NCBI GenBank assembly: GCA_013265495.1
Contig: MU057880.1
Coordinates: 836,527-900,526, forward strand
Source of the DNA: Vicugna vicugna
Lineage: Eukaryota
Reading direction: 5' to 3'
Length of the DNA: 64,000 bases
Part shown: positions 25,271-37,605 of the stretch, piece after piece
Numbering within the stretch: position 1 is the first letter of the stretch
How the letters are laid out: every line of letters starts with the position of its first letter
Translations under genes and position numbers: made by a program
Notes under the pieces: model-generated
Databases searched by the model: none
What the model was told of the DNA's origin: nothing
Seen by the model: only the letters and a program-made list of their open reading frames with translations

Positions 25271-26052
25271 TGAAACTGAGGATCACAACAGGAACACTTT
25301 TTTTTTTTTAACCCGTCAAAGACGCGAGTATTGACTTAAACGACCTTAATTACTGTTTGCTTGAAGATGCTTGGCTGTGGAGCACGAGGCAGTGGGTCAA
25401 GTCCCGCATCGAATCCACCTTCATAACCTTGAGCCGTTCCGAGCCAGTTTGGCCCCCGACGAGGACATCTGCCAGCTTTCCTTCTCAGCATTCAGAGACA
25501 CGTGTCCCCACTCTGTCCCACCCCGCCTCACCTTAGGACAGGGCAAAGCGTCTCTCTAAGAATGTGATCCCCCTTCTCATTCATTAAAACTATTTATGGC
25601 TTTGCATTTGTTATTATTGCTCTAGGACTGTGTCAAATTGATTCACACTGTATTAAGTAAGTGTCCTTTTTCACCATGTAATCTCAGAGCCTGGAGACAC
25701 CGGTTCTAGAAGGCCTGTTGTTGGGTGCAGGCTGGAGGGCAGGTGATGCCAGCTGCACCGCATATGGGAAATAGCTGCCTACAGCCCCCCCAGAGAGCGC
25801 CGAGCTGGCCCTCCCCGACGTCCGGGAGAGTCTGCATCATACCGTCTGTTTTGCACAAAAGAACCAGTGTCAGAGTCAGGACTCGAACCAACGTCTCCTG
25901 ACTCCAAACTCTGTGCTCTTCCCACACCGCTGTGACACCACCTTAATGTCACTAGCAAACAGGGTCACATGCTCTGCTCCAGGACCTCCCTCTGTGTCTC
26001 TGACTGAGGTGTCAAAACATGACAGGTTTGAGAAATAAAAATTCTAGTTGCA

Positions 26053-26200
26053 GGGAGGGTAGAGCTCAGTGATAGAGCATGTGCTTAGCATGCACAAGGT
26101 CCTGGGTTCAATCCCCAGCACCTCCCTAAAAATAAATAAATAAATATAATTACCACCCTCAAAGCAAACAGACAGACAAAACCCCCAAAAAACACACAAA
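26053..26200 (+). mobile_element. Vic-like SINE
   Basis: gggagggtagagctcagtgatagagcatgtgcttagcatgcacaaggtcctgggttcaatccccagcacctcc plus (TAAA)n and tail. Confidence 0.92.
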
Positions 26201-27524
26201 AAATGCTGGTGACATAGTGTTAAGACTGAAAAGCAGGATACATATATATATATATACGGTATGACCTCAGTTAGGAGGAAAAAAGTGATCAAGGGCTTTT
26301 TAAAAGTTCACCAAAAAAATCAGCAGCTCATATTACAAAGGATTCATCTCCCTACTATGTAAAGAACATCCAGAAATCGATAAAGATTTGGAAACCACTG
26401 GGAACATGGGCAGCGGATACAGAGGGTTCAAAGGAAAACAAAAATAAGATGGTCCTTAAATACACAAAAAGATGCTAGCTGTCGTTCTTAGAAAGAGAAC
26501 AGCAAATTAAACTTGTACACCTGCTAGACTGGCGAAACTCCACAAGTTCAGACACCCACACGAGAGAACCACGGGCGGAGACTCAACACGACTAGGAGGG
26601 AGGGGATGTGTCACAGCTCTCAGCATCACCAGTGCTTTCGGCCTGGGACCCACCCAGCCTGCTGCCAGAACAGAACAGATGGAAGCGCGTGACTGCAGCC
26701 CGACTCCTAAAAGCAGGAGGCGGAAACAACCAGGCTGGACACGGGCAGAAACAGCTCCAAGTCACTCTGCTCCACCCGTACGACAGACCACAAAGCAGCG
26801 CTGGTGGGTGCACGAGTGACAGCGCGTCCTGCACGGCCCCAGGGGACACGGGCGAGCCCCGGGGCAGCTGCGCTGCCGGCGCAGGGCACGCCGCCTCCCG
26901 CGGGAGAAGGAAGAACGCGCATTTGTATTTGCTTAGAAAATTTGCTAGAAAAAGATTCAGTTCAAATAAACTGAATTTTTAAAAAGCAGGAAGAGGAAGA
27001 ACAGCTCTGCCCTTGGAATGTTCTGGTCTCCCAGGTGAAGAGCGAGGCTAGTTTATCAGAAGTGGCGTTTTGTGCCATCGGTTCTGGAAGGGAGTTCCAG
27101 GTATCGAGGTCCGCTCCCGGCCCCGGACAGAGGGGACCCAGCAGACAAACTGTCCCGGCACCTCCTAGGCTTGGCTTTTAAATTACACGGCCTGGAAATG
27201 CCGTCCCTGGCTGGCTGGGAAGACAAAAGACAACTGGAGAGCCATCCTAGGGAGGGACCAGCATGGTGTCCGGGAGTCAGGACTCGAGGCCAGGACGTGT
27301 ACGACGCCACAGAAGGCACCACAGGTGGACATGCAGCAGCGGTCGGGATGCCACGCTGGCAGCCACGAGTCTCCGCCACCCAGCAACAGCCAGGGAGCTC
27401 TGAGCCACCACGGCCAAGGGCGCCGGAGAAGGGGCTCCCTGCGGCTGCTCACCCACCTGCACCGGTGGACACCTGGACCTCTGCTTTCTGTTCCTTCTGC
27501 ATCCAGACTCTAATTTCTACATCC

Positions 27525-28040
27525 AGAAAAAAAAAAAGATCCACATAAACACTTGTCCAGGAATCTTTAGAATAGCATCACTCATAGCATCCAAAGCGTG
27601 GAAAAAGCCACGTGCCCATCACTGAATAAATAAAATCTGGTCTATCCATGCAACAGAACGTCACTCAGTAAGAGAGAGGAGCGAAGGGCCAATCCAGGTC
27701 TGAATGCGGGTTAACCCTGAAAACATCACGGTAAGTGAAGGAAGTCCTCACAAAGGATCATCTATTGGATGATTCTGTTTATAGAAAACGTCCAGAACAG
27801 GCAAGTCATAGAGACAGATGGTAAGTTAGTGGCTGACTAGAGCTGGAGGTAGGGGCACTGGGGGAAGACAGGTGCATTTTGTGTGGAGTCTCTTTTAAGG
27901 GTAATGAAAACGTTCTGAAGTTGACGTGGTGATGGCGGTGCAAGTCTGTGAACACAGTCAAATCCACTGAAGTGTGTCTACACTTTAAATGGGTGGATGT
28001 ATGATCCATGAATTACATCTCAATAAAGCTGTTTTCAAAC
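27525..28040 (+). mobile_element. L1MB/L1ME-like 3' end
   Basis: Ends ...gtaatgaaaacgttctgaagttga...cactttaaatgggtggatgtatgatccatgaattacatctcaataaagctgtt, typical of an old L1 terminus. Confidence 0.75.
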
Positions 28041-29186
28041 AGACCGAGATTCAATTTACACCCCCTACCCTCCTCCCAAAGATGATGTTGGGGTGGGACC
28101 AACATGCGCCGTGGTGGAAAAGGAGTTTGGTCAACCACTTTGGAAAAGCCCAAGAGTCACACTTCCTAACACCTAAACCCCACTCTTTCGTAGGCTTATA
28201 TCTGGTAAAATTCATGCAGATGTGCAGACAGGGACACATGTAATACTACTACTCATTGCAATGTTGTCTTAATAGTAAATTTTTTTAATTGAAATGCTCA
28301 CCAATAGACTAATAGATACATAAACTGCAGCATATTTGCAAAATGAGTTTACTAATTTACACAATGAATTGACTATACTGAGGTTAGCATTAAGGAACTG
28401 GAGGTACGTGGATAAATATGAACGAATCTCAGAAACATACAGCTGTATAAGGAAGTGAGTATCAAAATAATATGTGCAGTGTGATACCTGTTCTATAGCG
28501 TTAGGTACGTGTAGCACAGTATGACTGATGGAAACATCACAGCCAGCAATCCACAGAGACGCAGAGGAATGAGAGCCGTCGCACAGACAGGGGTCGTCTC
28601 TAGAAGGAAGGAGGGAGAAGACAGGGCCCAGGAGGACTGAGCAGGAAGCGCCATCTGCTTCCTTGATGTTTTAGTTCTTTTAAAAAAGAAGTCATACACG
28701 TGAAGCAAAAAGGGGCAATCTGTTAAGATTTAAGAAAACTGGGTTGTGGTTACACATGTGGCTATTGTAATGTAGTCTGTACTTCCTGTGTAATGGGAAC
28801 GTGTCAAAAAAAAAAGAGAGAGCATTAACGGCTTTTAAAATGAGAGGAAAAAGAAAAAAAGAATTTGTAAGAAACTAATAAAACTTGATGACCTAAATGG
28901 GATGGGGAAAAAAGAGGTGGGGGCATCAATTTTCAAATGTGTATTTTTATCACTGAACTAAGTGAATGTATCATCTCTGAAGATATATAGACATAATGTT
29001 TTTTAAAACATTAAGGAAAAACCCTCACATTCTATCTTTAAGAAGCAATTTAACCTATGAAAGATGTCGGAGTTGGGGGCGTCCTTATCTTTGCTTCAGG
29101 TTTCCAAGAAGAGGCACAGTCCCCAGGAGGGTCACACCTGCCTGCCACACCCCCCCTCCTCCTGTCCCGGGGGAGGGACTCACTGC

Positions 29187-29302
29187 TTTTTTAGGGGGGA
29201 GGTAATTAGGTTTACTTATTTATTTTAATGGAGGTCCCAGGGATGGAACCCAGGACCTTGCACATGCTGAGCACACACTCTACCCGTGAGCTATACCCTC
29301 CC
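29187..29302 (-). mobile_element. Vic-like SINE
   Basis: Reverse complement of gggagggtatagctcacgggtagagtgtgtgctcagcatgtgcaaggtcctgggttccatccc. Confidence 0.9.
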
Positions 29303-30214
29303 TGCTCAGGAATCAGTTCTGATCCGCAGGCTGCCCACATGCTGATTGGATCCTCAACTCCTGGACATCAGAGTTACAGGGCGAGTCCCATGTGCCCAGG
29401 CCCGTGGGTGCCCGAGCTGCTCAGGACACACAAGGCGTGGACCCTGAAGGTCGACAACCGACCACTAGCTGTTTCCCAAAGGTTGACAGTGGTGGTTGCC
29501 ACCTACTGGACCAATTTCTATCCACATTTTCCAAATCTGTTGAGGAAGGAAAATGGGTCTCCTTCAAGTTTCCTACCACGAAAATCTCCAAGGAAAATTC
29601 CCTCCCTAGAAGACCGTCAGAAACTTGAACAAAAATAGGGTCTTTGTCTGCACTGTAACAGTCAAAAGCCGAAAAACTAAATTTTCCTAAAACTCATTAG
29701 GAAAACATTCCCAAAGTTTTGGAGGCCGTCCATTTAAGATGCCACAAATGGCCACTAAAGACTGTTTTAGAAACATTTTAATGACATGGGGAGCATGTTA
29801 CACTAAGTGAGAAAGCAGATTCTGTCCACGTACTGGACACATAATTCACTCAGCCCAGTGCAGCTAACATCCGCGTGCCCAAAAGGACTGCAGGGCGGAA
29901 GATCAAAGTATTCTCAGCAGTAAACCTTTGTGTGACAGCACTATGGGTAATCTGGGTTTTCGTTTTTATACTTGCTTGCATTTTCCAAATGCTTTGTAAC
30001 AGAATTGTATCATTTTGATAACCAGAGAAAATATTTAAGAAAAATATTAAAAATAAGTTTAGTAACAATATAAATGAAAAAGGAGGCTTTTTTTAAAAAA
30101 AGACAGACAGTAGATAGTGTGACATGAATGCAGCCATGCTCTGAAAAATACACCTGTTAGAATACTTTTTAAAATATTCCACATACTGGCATTAACATTT
30201 GGATTTTAAAATTA

Positions 30215-32444
30215 AAAAGGCAATATCACAGATTAGCAACCCCCCAATAAAAAAAAAGAAATACTTCGGGATAAATCTAACAAAAAACGTACTGGCTCTG
30301 TATGAGGAAAACGTGAGGCTCTGATAAAAGAAATCAGAGAACTAAATACCTGGAGAGATACTCCACGCTCATGGGTGGAAGACTCCAGGTGTCAGTTCTT
30401 CCCAACTTGATCCATAGAGTCAATCCCAATCAAAGCCCCAGCAAGTTATTTTGTGGACATTGACATGCTGAGTCTGAACTTTATGGGAGGGAGACAAAGG
30501 ACCCAGAACAGCCAGCACGGTACTGGAGGCGGAGAAGAGGGTCAGGGGACTGCACTACCCAACTTCAAGACCCACTACAGTTTCCGTAAACAAGACAGTG
30601 TGGTCCTGGTGAAAGGACAGACAGACAGACCAATAAACAGGAGCAGAGAACCCAGGCACAGATTCCCATGTAGTCGGCTGATCCGTGACAAAGGAATAAA
30701 GGCAGTTCGATGGTGAAAAGACAGTCTTTCAACAGACGGCGCTGGAGCAAGTGGCCATCCACACACGAAAGAAAGAATCTCAACACGGCCCTAAAATCCT
30801 TCACAAAAATTTAACTCAAAATAGATCATGGATCTTAATATTTTGTAGTCTAGTTTATCAATCATCTCCTTTATGATCAGTTTTTTTTGTATACTGTTTA
30901 AAAACTCTATTCCTACCCACACACAATGAAGAGCTGGTCTTCTGTTATCTTCTAGAAGGTTTATTGTTTGCTTTTCATATTTAGAGCTACCATACACATA
31001 AAATTGATTTTTGTGTATGATTTGAAAAAAGAAAACAGGTCACAGACCTAAAACACAAAACTATAAAACTCCTAGAAGGTAACACAGGAGAGAATCTAGA
31101 TGCCTTCGAGCATGGTGATGAAAACACAAACGCACAAGCCATGAGACAGCTGATAAGCTGGACTTCATTAAAATTAAAATCTCTGCTCTGTGAAAGACAA
31201 TATCAAAAGGAGCAGAAGGCAAGCCTCAGGATGGGAGAAAGTATCTGCAAAAGATAATTCTGATAAAGGACTGGTATCCTAAATATACATACAACTCATA
31301 ACACTCAACAATAAAAAAAAAAAACAAACAACCCAATTTAAAAATAAAAAACAAAAATTAAAATAAGCAAAAGACCTGAACAGGCAGCTCACAAAAGATA
31401 CACAGCTGGCAAGTAAGCATATGAAAAAGGTGCTCCACGTCTTAGCCATTTGAGAAATACACATTAAAACAACAGCGAAATACCATGAAATACCACCACT
31501 CACCGACCAGAACGGCCGAAGTCCAGCGCACTGACATCACCAAATGCTAAGAGGATGTGGAGCAACAGGAACTGCCTCTCACTGCTGGTGGGAACGCAAA
31601 ACGGTACAGCCACTCTGGAAGCTGGGCAGCTTCTTATAAAACTAAACAAACTCTTACCTTACAACCTAGGAATCACACTCCTTGATATTCACCCAAAGGA
31701 ACAAAACTTAGGAACACACAAAAACCTGCACGTGGACAGTTACAGCAGCTCGAGTCATGACTGCCAAAACCTGGAAGCCACCAAGATGCCCTCCGGTGGA
31801 TGAACAGGAAAGCAGACGGTGCTCCATCCAGACAATGGAACATTATTCGGCACTAGAAAGAAATGAGCTACTTGAATCACTGTGCTGTACACCAGAAATG
31901 AACACAACATTGTAAATCAACTATACTTCAACAAAAAAAAGAAAGAAAGAAGCCATTAAGCCATGAAAACTCACGGAGGAAACTTTACTGCAGATAACTA
32001 AGTGAAAGAAGCCACCTAAAAAGGCCGCACACTGTGTGGTTCTAGCCCGATGACAGTCTAGAAGAGGCAAAGCCAGGGAGACCGTGAAAAGGGCAGTGGT
32101 GGCCGGGGTGGGGGGTGAGAACAGGCAGAGCACGGAGGACTTTTAGGGCAGTGAAATGCCTCTGTGTGACCCTACATCGGTGGGTAGGTTTTGTTACATG
32201 TTCGTCCAAACCACAGAATGAGCAACACCAAGAGCGACCCTCAAACGTCAGCCAAGGTTGGAGCGACATGCGGTGTCGGCTGTGGTGCCAGCCCTTGTGA
32301 CGGGTGTCCAGCTCTGGTGCGGGATGTGGACGGTGGGGAGGCTGGGAGCCTGGCGCAGGGAGGAGAGAGGAACTCTGCTTTCTGCTTAATTTTGCAGTGA
32401 ACCTGCAACGGCTCTAAAAAAATAAAATCTGTTTTGTAAAAAAA
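30215..32444 (+). mobile_element. About 2.2 kb degenerate L1MC1/2-like element (3' part of ORF2 plus 3' UTR) with two nested insertions
   Basis: Decayed ORF2 motifs (aaatacttcgggataaatctaacaaaa; aacttcaagacccactaca; aaactataaaactcctagaag; gaggatgtggagcaacaggaact) and terminus ...gcagtgaacctgcaacggctctaaaaaaataaaatctg. No intact ORF. Confidence 0.8.
31872..31950 (+). mobile_element. Very short young L1 tail nested in the older L1
   Basis: ttgaatcactgtgctgtacaccagaaatgaacacaacattgtaaatcaactatacttcaa plus A tail, interrupting the host at aaagaaatgagcta / aaagaaagaagcca. Confidence 0.8.
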
Positions 32445-32485
32445 CTAAATGGCCAAGGGAACTTTTAAAATACAGGAACTCTGAA

Positions 32486-32604
32486 GGGGAAGGTATAGCT
32501 CAGTGGTAGAGCACGTGCTCAGCAAGCACGAGGTCCTGGGTTTGATCCTCAGTACCTCCATTAAATAAATAATAACCCCCCCCACCGCCAAACAAAAACA
32601 AAAC
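32486..32604 (+). mobile_element. Vic-like SINE with 18-bp TSD
   Basis: ggggaaggtatagctcagtggtagagcacgtgctc...; TSD aaaatacaggaactctga (32467-32484) / aaaatacagaaactttga (32605-32622). Confidence 0.93.
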
Positions 32605-35600
32605 AAAATACAGAAACTTTGAGTAATGAGCACTGTTTTAAAGTCTGTCATGGCAATATTCTGGGAAGATCATTTTGGTCTACTACTGTAAACTGCTAGA
32701 GAAGTCCCTGTGGCGACGAAACCAAGGACACGTGGCTTGAGTGTTGGTTGCAGCCACCAAACGTCTCTGTCCTGGCTCCAAAGTTTTGCAGACCCCCTCC
32801 CCTCAGTCCTGTCAGGTCCCAGTGAGCAGCTGCTGGTCCTGAGCACCAGCACACCCAGCCCATTCCCCCTCCCACGAAGGACCACTCCCTCCCTGCATCA
32901 TGGGCATCACTTTTCAGCATGCACATCATGCATGCTTTTGCCTTAAGATCTCCGAACTTGCTGTTCCCTCTCTCGAGAAGACTTTTCCTCAAACATCCAC
33001 GTGGTGTGTTCCCCGAGGTGGGAAAAAATGACCACTGACATAGTTTGGACCCTGTCGGTTACCAAGGTCTTCACATCTCTCCAGCCCCTCTGAGTCTCGT
33101 CAGTACTGGCGGACATCAGAATGCTAGAGCTGGATGGGGCTCAGAAACCGCCCGCCCCGCCGGTGGGTGGCTCCCAGACTTGACTCATCATTAGAAAGAC
33201 CCTAGAAGCTCTCTGCATCTGTTTGTTTTTAATGAGCAAAGCTTCACGGGGCTCCACTTCCAGGAATTTGGTCCAATGGATCTGAAGTGAGGAACCTACA
33301 TTTTTGGGGATGACTCACCCAGCCCACCACTTTAATTTTTTTTCTAGAAGGGAAAATAGAAGATGCAGTGAGGTTGAGACAAACCCTCGATCAGGAGATC
33401 AAGGCAGAGCCGACCCCAGATCAGAGGAGGGTCCCCTAAATCTGGTTCCGCAGTCCACATTCTCACCTGGGGTTAGGGATGAATTTTTTTAAAGAATTAC
33501 TAAGTAGAAAAAAAAACTAGCTTAGCTCTACCAAGGTTTTGTTTTGTTTTTTGTTTGTTTGTTTGTTTTCTTCTTGGGCAGTGGAGTACCCTTGCCTGCT
33601 GTCTGGAACGCTGTCATTCTGGACCCAATTGGTTATGGTGACTAATAACAAGAGCTTTACCCTGCCGGTCATCAACACTTGTCAAAATAATACCCAGGCA
33701 GGAGTTCACACGGGTTGTCAGCTTCGATGAAGCGGGCCCAGCCCGCTGCCCAGCCCGGGAGCTGAGCCTGCTCTGACTCACTCCCGAGAGACGCGGCCTC
33801 GTGGAACAGACCCATGTTCTTTCGCCCTGAAGCCCACTGGACTTTGCCGCAATACCGAGTTACCCCTGCGTCCGGTCCTCCAGTCACTCATTCTCACGTT
33901 ACATCCCGGAATCTGACCAACAGCCAGTGGGAACAAACTCTCCCAACGACTCACAGAACATTCCTCATGGTACGTCGGGTCAGTGAAACGGGAAGGAACG
34001 CAGGAGGGGCAGCGTGTGGTGACAGCGATGCCCGGTGCAACTGGGGGAGTCACACCCCGCAGCCCACAGTCTCCCCGTGGAGCTCGTCACCAGCACAAGA
34101 CCACCAGCCGCCCAGGGCTGGGGTTCCCTGTACAGGCCCCTCGCCCCGGCCAGCAGCCATGTTTCCCAAGTGGCAACGAGGAACACCCTGGGGACACCGT
34201 CCCCGCCCCTGCAGCCTGCAGCAGACTTCCCTTCAACAGTCTTGCACCCGAATCTTCGGTAATCCTAACCCCTCTCAGCAAAGCCAGGTGGTAAAACCGC
34301 TGTCAGCTCATCTCCGTGAAGCAGGTCACTAGCGGAAAACACACCCTGGTTTCTGTACTTGTTTTCTTGTTAAGCAACTTGCGCAAACAAGCCAGGGCTC
34401 TTTCTTTTTTAATAAAATTAGTTCATCCAAAGTGTGGATAAATCAGAGTTCTCCATCCATTACTTCTCCTGCTCCCTCCATCCCCCAGTGAGTCTAAAGC
34501 AGTAACGCATCCCCTCAGGACCCAAATTTCAACATATACGAAACTTCACGCACAATCAACCCTGAAGTGCTGTTTCGGTTCCTCTTGGGCGAGTGGAGGC
34601 ACAACACTTTTTAAGGTGAGGTTATGTCAAACGTCCTCTCGTCAACAGAGAAACAGTGACTCACAGACATGCTTGGCAAACGCTCCCAGATTCCACAAGC
34701 CAGCAGCCCTAGGGATGGATCTCACTGGCTGGGAAAGTTTTAAAAAATCAAGTTATCTGCAGCTTTGCAGTGGTTGATATTTTAAGAAAAAAGACTGGGA
34801 AGCAGTTCCATTTGAAGACTTCACTACATGCCCAGCGTCACAGTTCAGTTATTAGATCTGAATTGAGTTTCAGCAAGGAATTTTTAATTGACAAACCATT
34901 TCAGACACCTCATCAAACACTACCAGTTTCTGCTGTTTCTGGGATGTTGTGAAATAAACTGAAGCCCCATGTCTGTCACTCTAGAGGTTAAGGAGAGCAG
35001 ACGTGAAGATACAAAGGACAAACTTCTACCCTGAAACGCTTCACTCCGCGTGAGCCTTGGTGGGGAGAGGAATGTGACTCTCTCTGTCCTGCATTCTGTC
35101 CCTTCTACCCTGCGCTACTGCTAGGGATCTGTAACGATTCCACTGTATCTGCGGAATCTTCCTCTTCATCCTTCAAACAACTGAAAAATCGAGCAGGAGA
35201 GAAAAAAAAAAGAAAAAGAGAAAACCACCTACCAGTGTGCTCAGCTGAGACAGCCACCTAAAACTACTGCACTGACATCCCCGAGAGCAAAGCAGGCGCT
35301 GGAAGGCACCTGCCCGACGGCCCCCACCCGGGACACACACATCGCTGGGGAGCACTGCGGAGGCAGGTCCTGGCAGCGCAAGCTCCCGTCAGTGACTCAC
35401 TCACCCCCGAGACCCACCTGAGTTCTGAAGAAGCTCAGGAAACCAAAGCACAACCCTGCCTGTAACTAACGCCTCTTCAAGATCGTCAGACGGGGAAGAG
35501 AAAGTGGAAGAGCGACCCAGACAGTGGCCTGAATAGAGATGAATTCCAATGAAATGACACTCGTCAGCATCGGACAGAATTGAAAAAGAAAGCTCAGGAT

Positions 35601-36402
35601 CTGAAAAGTAAATCTAAAGGGAGTTAAAATAAGGAAAGGAGAGAATGGATGTGAAAATGTTTCGTTGAGTTTAAAGTGTTGTTAAAATGGAACCGATGAG
35701 AATCCTGGCAAATTCACTGAAAAGTGAGAAGCAGAGGATTACACCAAAAACCTTAGAAGTCTTGTGAAAATTGCTGTGGCCGCACAGTATCTTCTCCTGG
35801 GGTCCCCAGCCCCCCGAACACTTCCCTGGGGAATCTAGAGTTGTGGAGTGACAAGAATAGGAAATGCAGAAGGCCCCGATGCTACATGGAAGAGTCAGAG
35901 AGGGAAGAACTTTATTTAAAAGCAATCTGAACCAACCACACAGCTTAACAGCTGAGGGTGAGACCCCAAATGGCAGGAGATGCCCCCACTCCGGTTATAA
36001 GGTTTTGGGCAGCAGAGCTGGGGGTCAGGACCAGATCCGGATCAAGACCCAAGGAGGCTGAGTGCCAAGGCTGCCCCCTCTCCTGTCACTCAGCATCCTT
36101 TCTTGGTAAGAAACAGACAGTATAAAAGTGGACCTCATATCTGAGCGCTCACATGTACTGTTGTACCGTCATTCACCACCGTTTCCTCCACAAACCCATC
36201 TCTGTAACACAGCATGTGTGTGATCGCCACACTTCCCCCCAGCTCTCTATCCGATCTATGGGCACCTACACCACAGGGAACTGTGTACCATTTTATCAAG
36301 TTTCCACTGAAGAAATCCAATGATTTTTACACGACAGAAATCATGTCCTGATTATCTGTTAACCAAGAAATTTATTGATGGGATGAACAGTTTGGGAGTC
36401 AT

Positions 36403-36579
36403 AAACTGCAAGGTCCTACCGTACAGCACAGGCAACTTCACTGCCTTGTGATACCCTACAATGGAAAAGAACACAAAAAGGAATATATATGTATAACTGA
36501 ACCACTATGCTGCACGCCAGAAATTAACACAATGTCGTAAATCAACTATACTTCAATTTATAAAAAGAAAAGGAAAAAA
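36403..36579 (+). mobile_element. L1 3' end with TSD
   Basis: caaggtcctaccgtacagcacaggcaact...aaatcaactatacttcaattt; TSD aacagtttgggagtcat / aacagtttatgagtcat. Confidence 0.87.
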
Positions 36580-37429
36580 AACAGTTTATGAGTCATGTTA
36601 ACTTTTAGAAGACTTCTACAAGGAAAAAGGTAACAACATTTAAGCCGATGGAGAAACTGACTTTCACACCAGCCACGAGACGGGAGCTCACCCTTTGGCT
36701 CTCCTTGCTATCTATCCACATAACATTCTGAAATAAAATGCAGTTCTCAAAGGGTTTTCCTGTCTCATTGATATGCACTAACACTCTTTACAAATAACAC
36801 TTCAGTTGAGAGCTACTGATAGTAAAATTAATGAATTCTTCCCAAGTGGATGAAATAATCAACCTAAGAGAAGACAGCGAGGATGACGGTATTCCTTTGA
36901 TGAGCTGCGTTACTGGCCAGTTCATCCTGACAGCATCCTGCCCAGGAAAGGAGTCTCCAGAAGACAAGACTGGGCGCTCCCTCCCCTCCCCTCCCGACCG
37001 CCAGCCAGGACGCCCGGCCCTCCACCCACCTGTCAGGCTGAGAAGCCAGCATGCCCGCCATGCGCCCCATCTGTCACGGCACTGCCCTCGGGGCCGCACC
37101 CCCTTCCCCGATGACCACTGTAGGTAGCAGTGTTCAAGCCTCCTCGGGACAGGACGCAACGCTGCTCACGGTGGCTCCCATGGGGCCGTGGGAAGTGAAG
37201 AGGGAAGCACGTGGTGGCTGAATCCAAACAGCCACAGAAAAATGCTCGTGCCCCCAGCTCCCTGAGGAAGGAGAGGACTTGTCTGCCCGTCCCCTACCCC
37301 ACCTGAGCCGCCTGCCTAGGGGCAGTCTGGAAACACGAGTCTCAGATCAGCACACTTTTCTCTCCTTACCACGTGGCAAACTACATCAGAGTTTCTCTGA
37401 GATCCTGAAACAGAACTGAAGTTTCAAAC

Positions 37430-37605
37430 CTGTGGTTGGGTTCCGTGGGGTCGGGGCCCCTTCCTATCCTGGCTTGTTTGCAAAGCTTTGCGCATAAAAG
37501 CGTCTTCTGGGTCCTCCAAGCGCCAGAAGCGGCATCGCTCACGGAGCCAGCTGGGTCCCTCCGGCTCCCGGGCTGCTCCGCGGCCTTCGAGGGGCCGCCG
37601 CACAT
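37430..37605 (-). CDS. FNIP2: Alternative first coding exon within intron 1 (MCGGPSKAAEQPGSRRDPAG...PTEPNH + AG; 58 codons + 2 nt)
   Basis: ATG at 37605 with G at -3, open frame to donor CACAG|gtttga at 37429. The phase-2 end (AG) joins exon 2 (C TGG TCC) to give ...NHS-WSCSEF in frame. The MCGG...QP.S..D.A start and the length resemble the alternative N-terminus I recall for human FNIP2. Confidence 0.75.

Noticed and set aside
36792..36863. Possible 72-nt in-frame exon after acceptor ctgtcttctcttag
   Set aside because: The only fitting donor (TTT|gtaaag) is very weak and the peptide is unrecognisable. It shows such candidates occur by chance.
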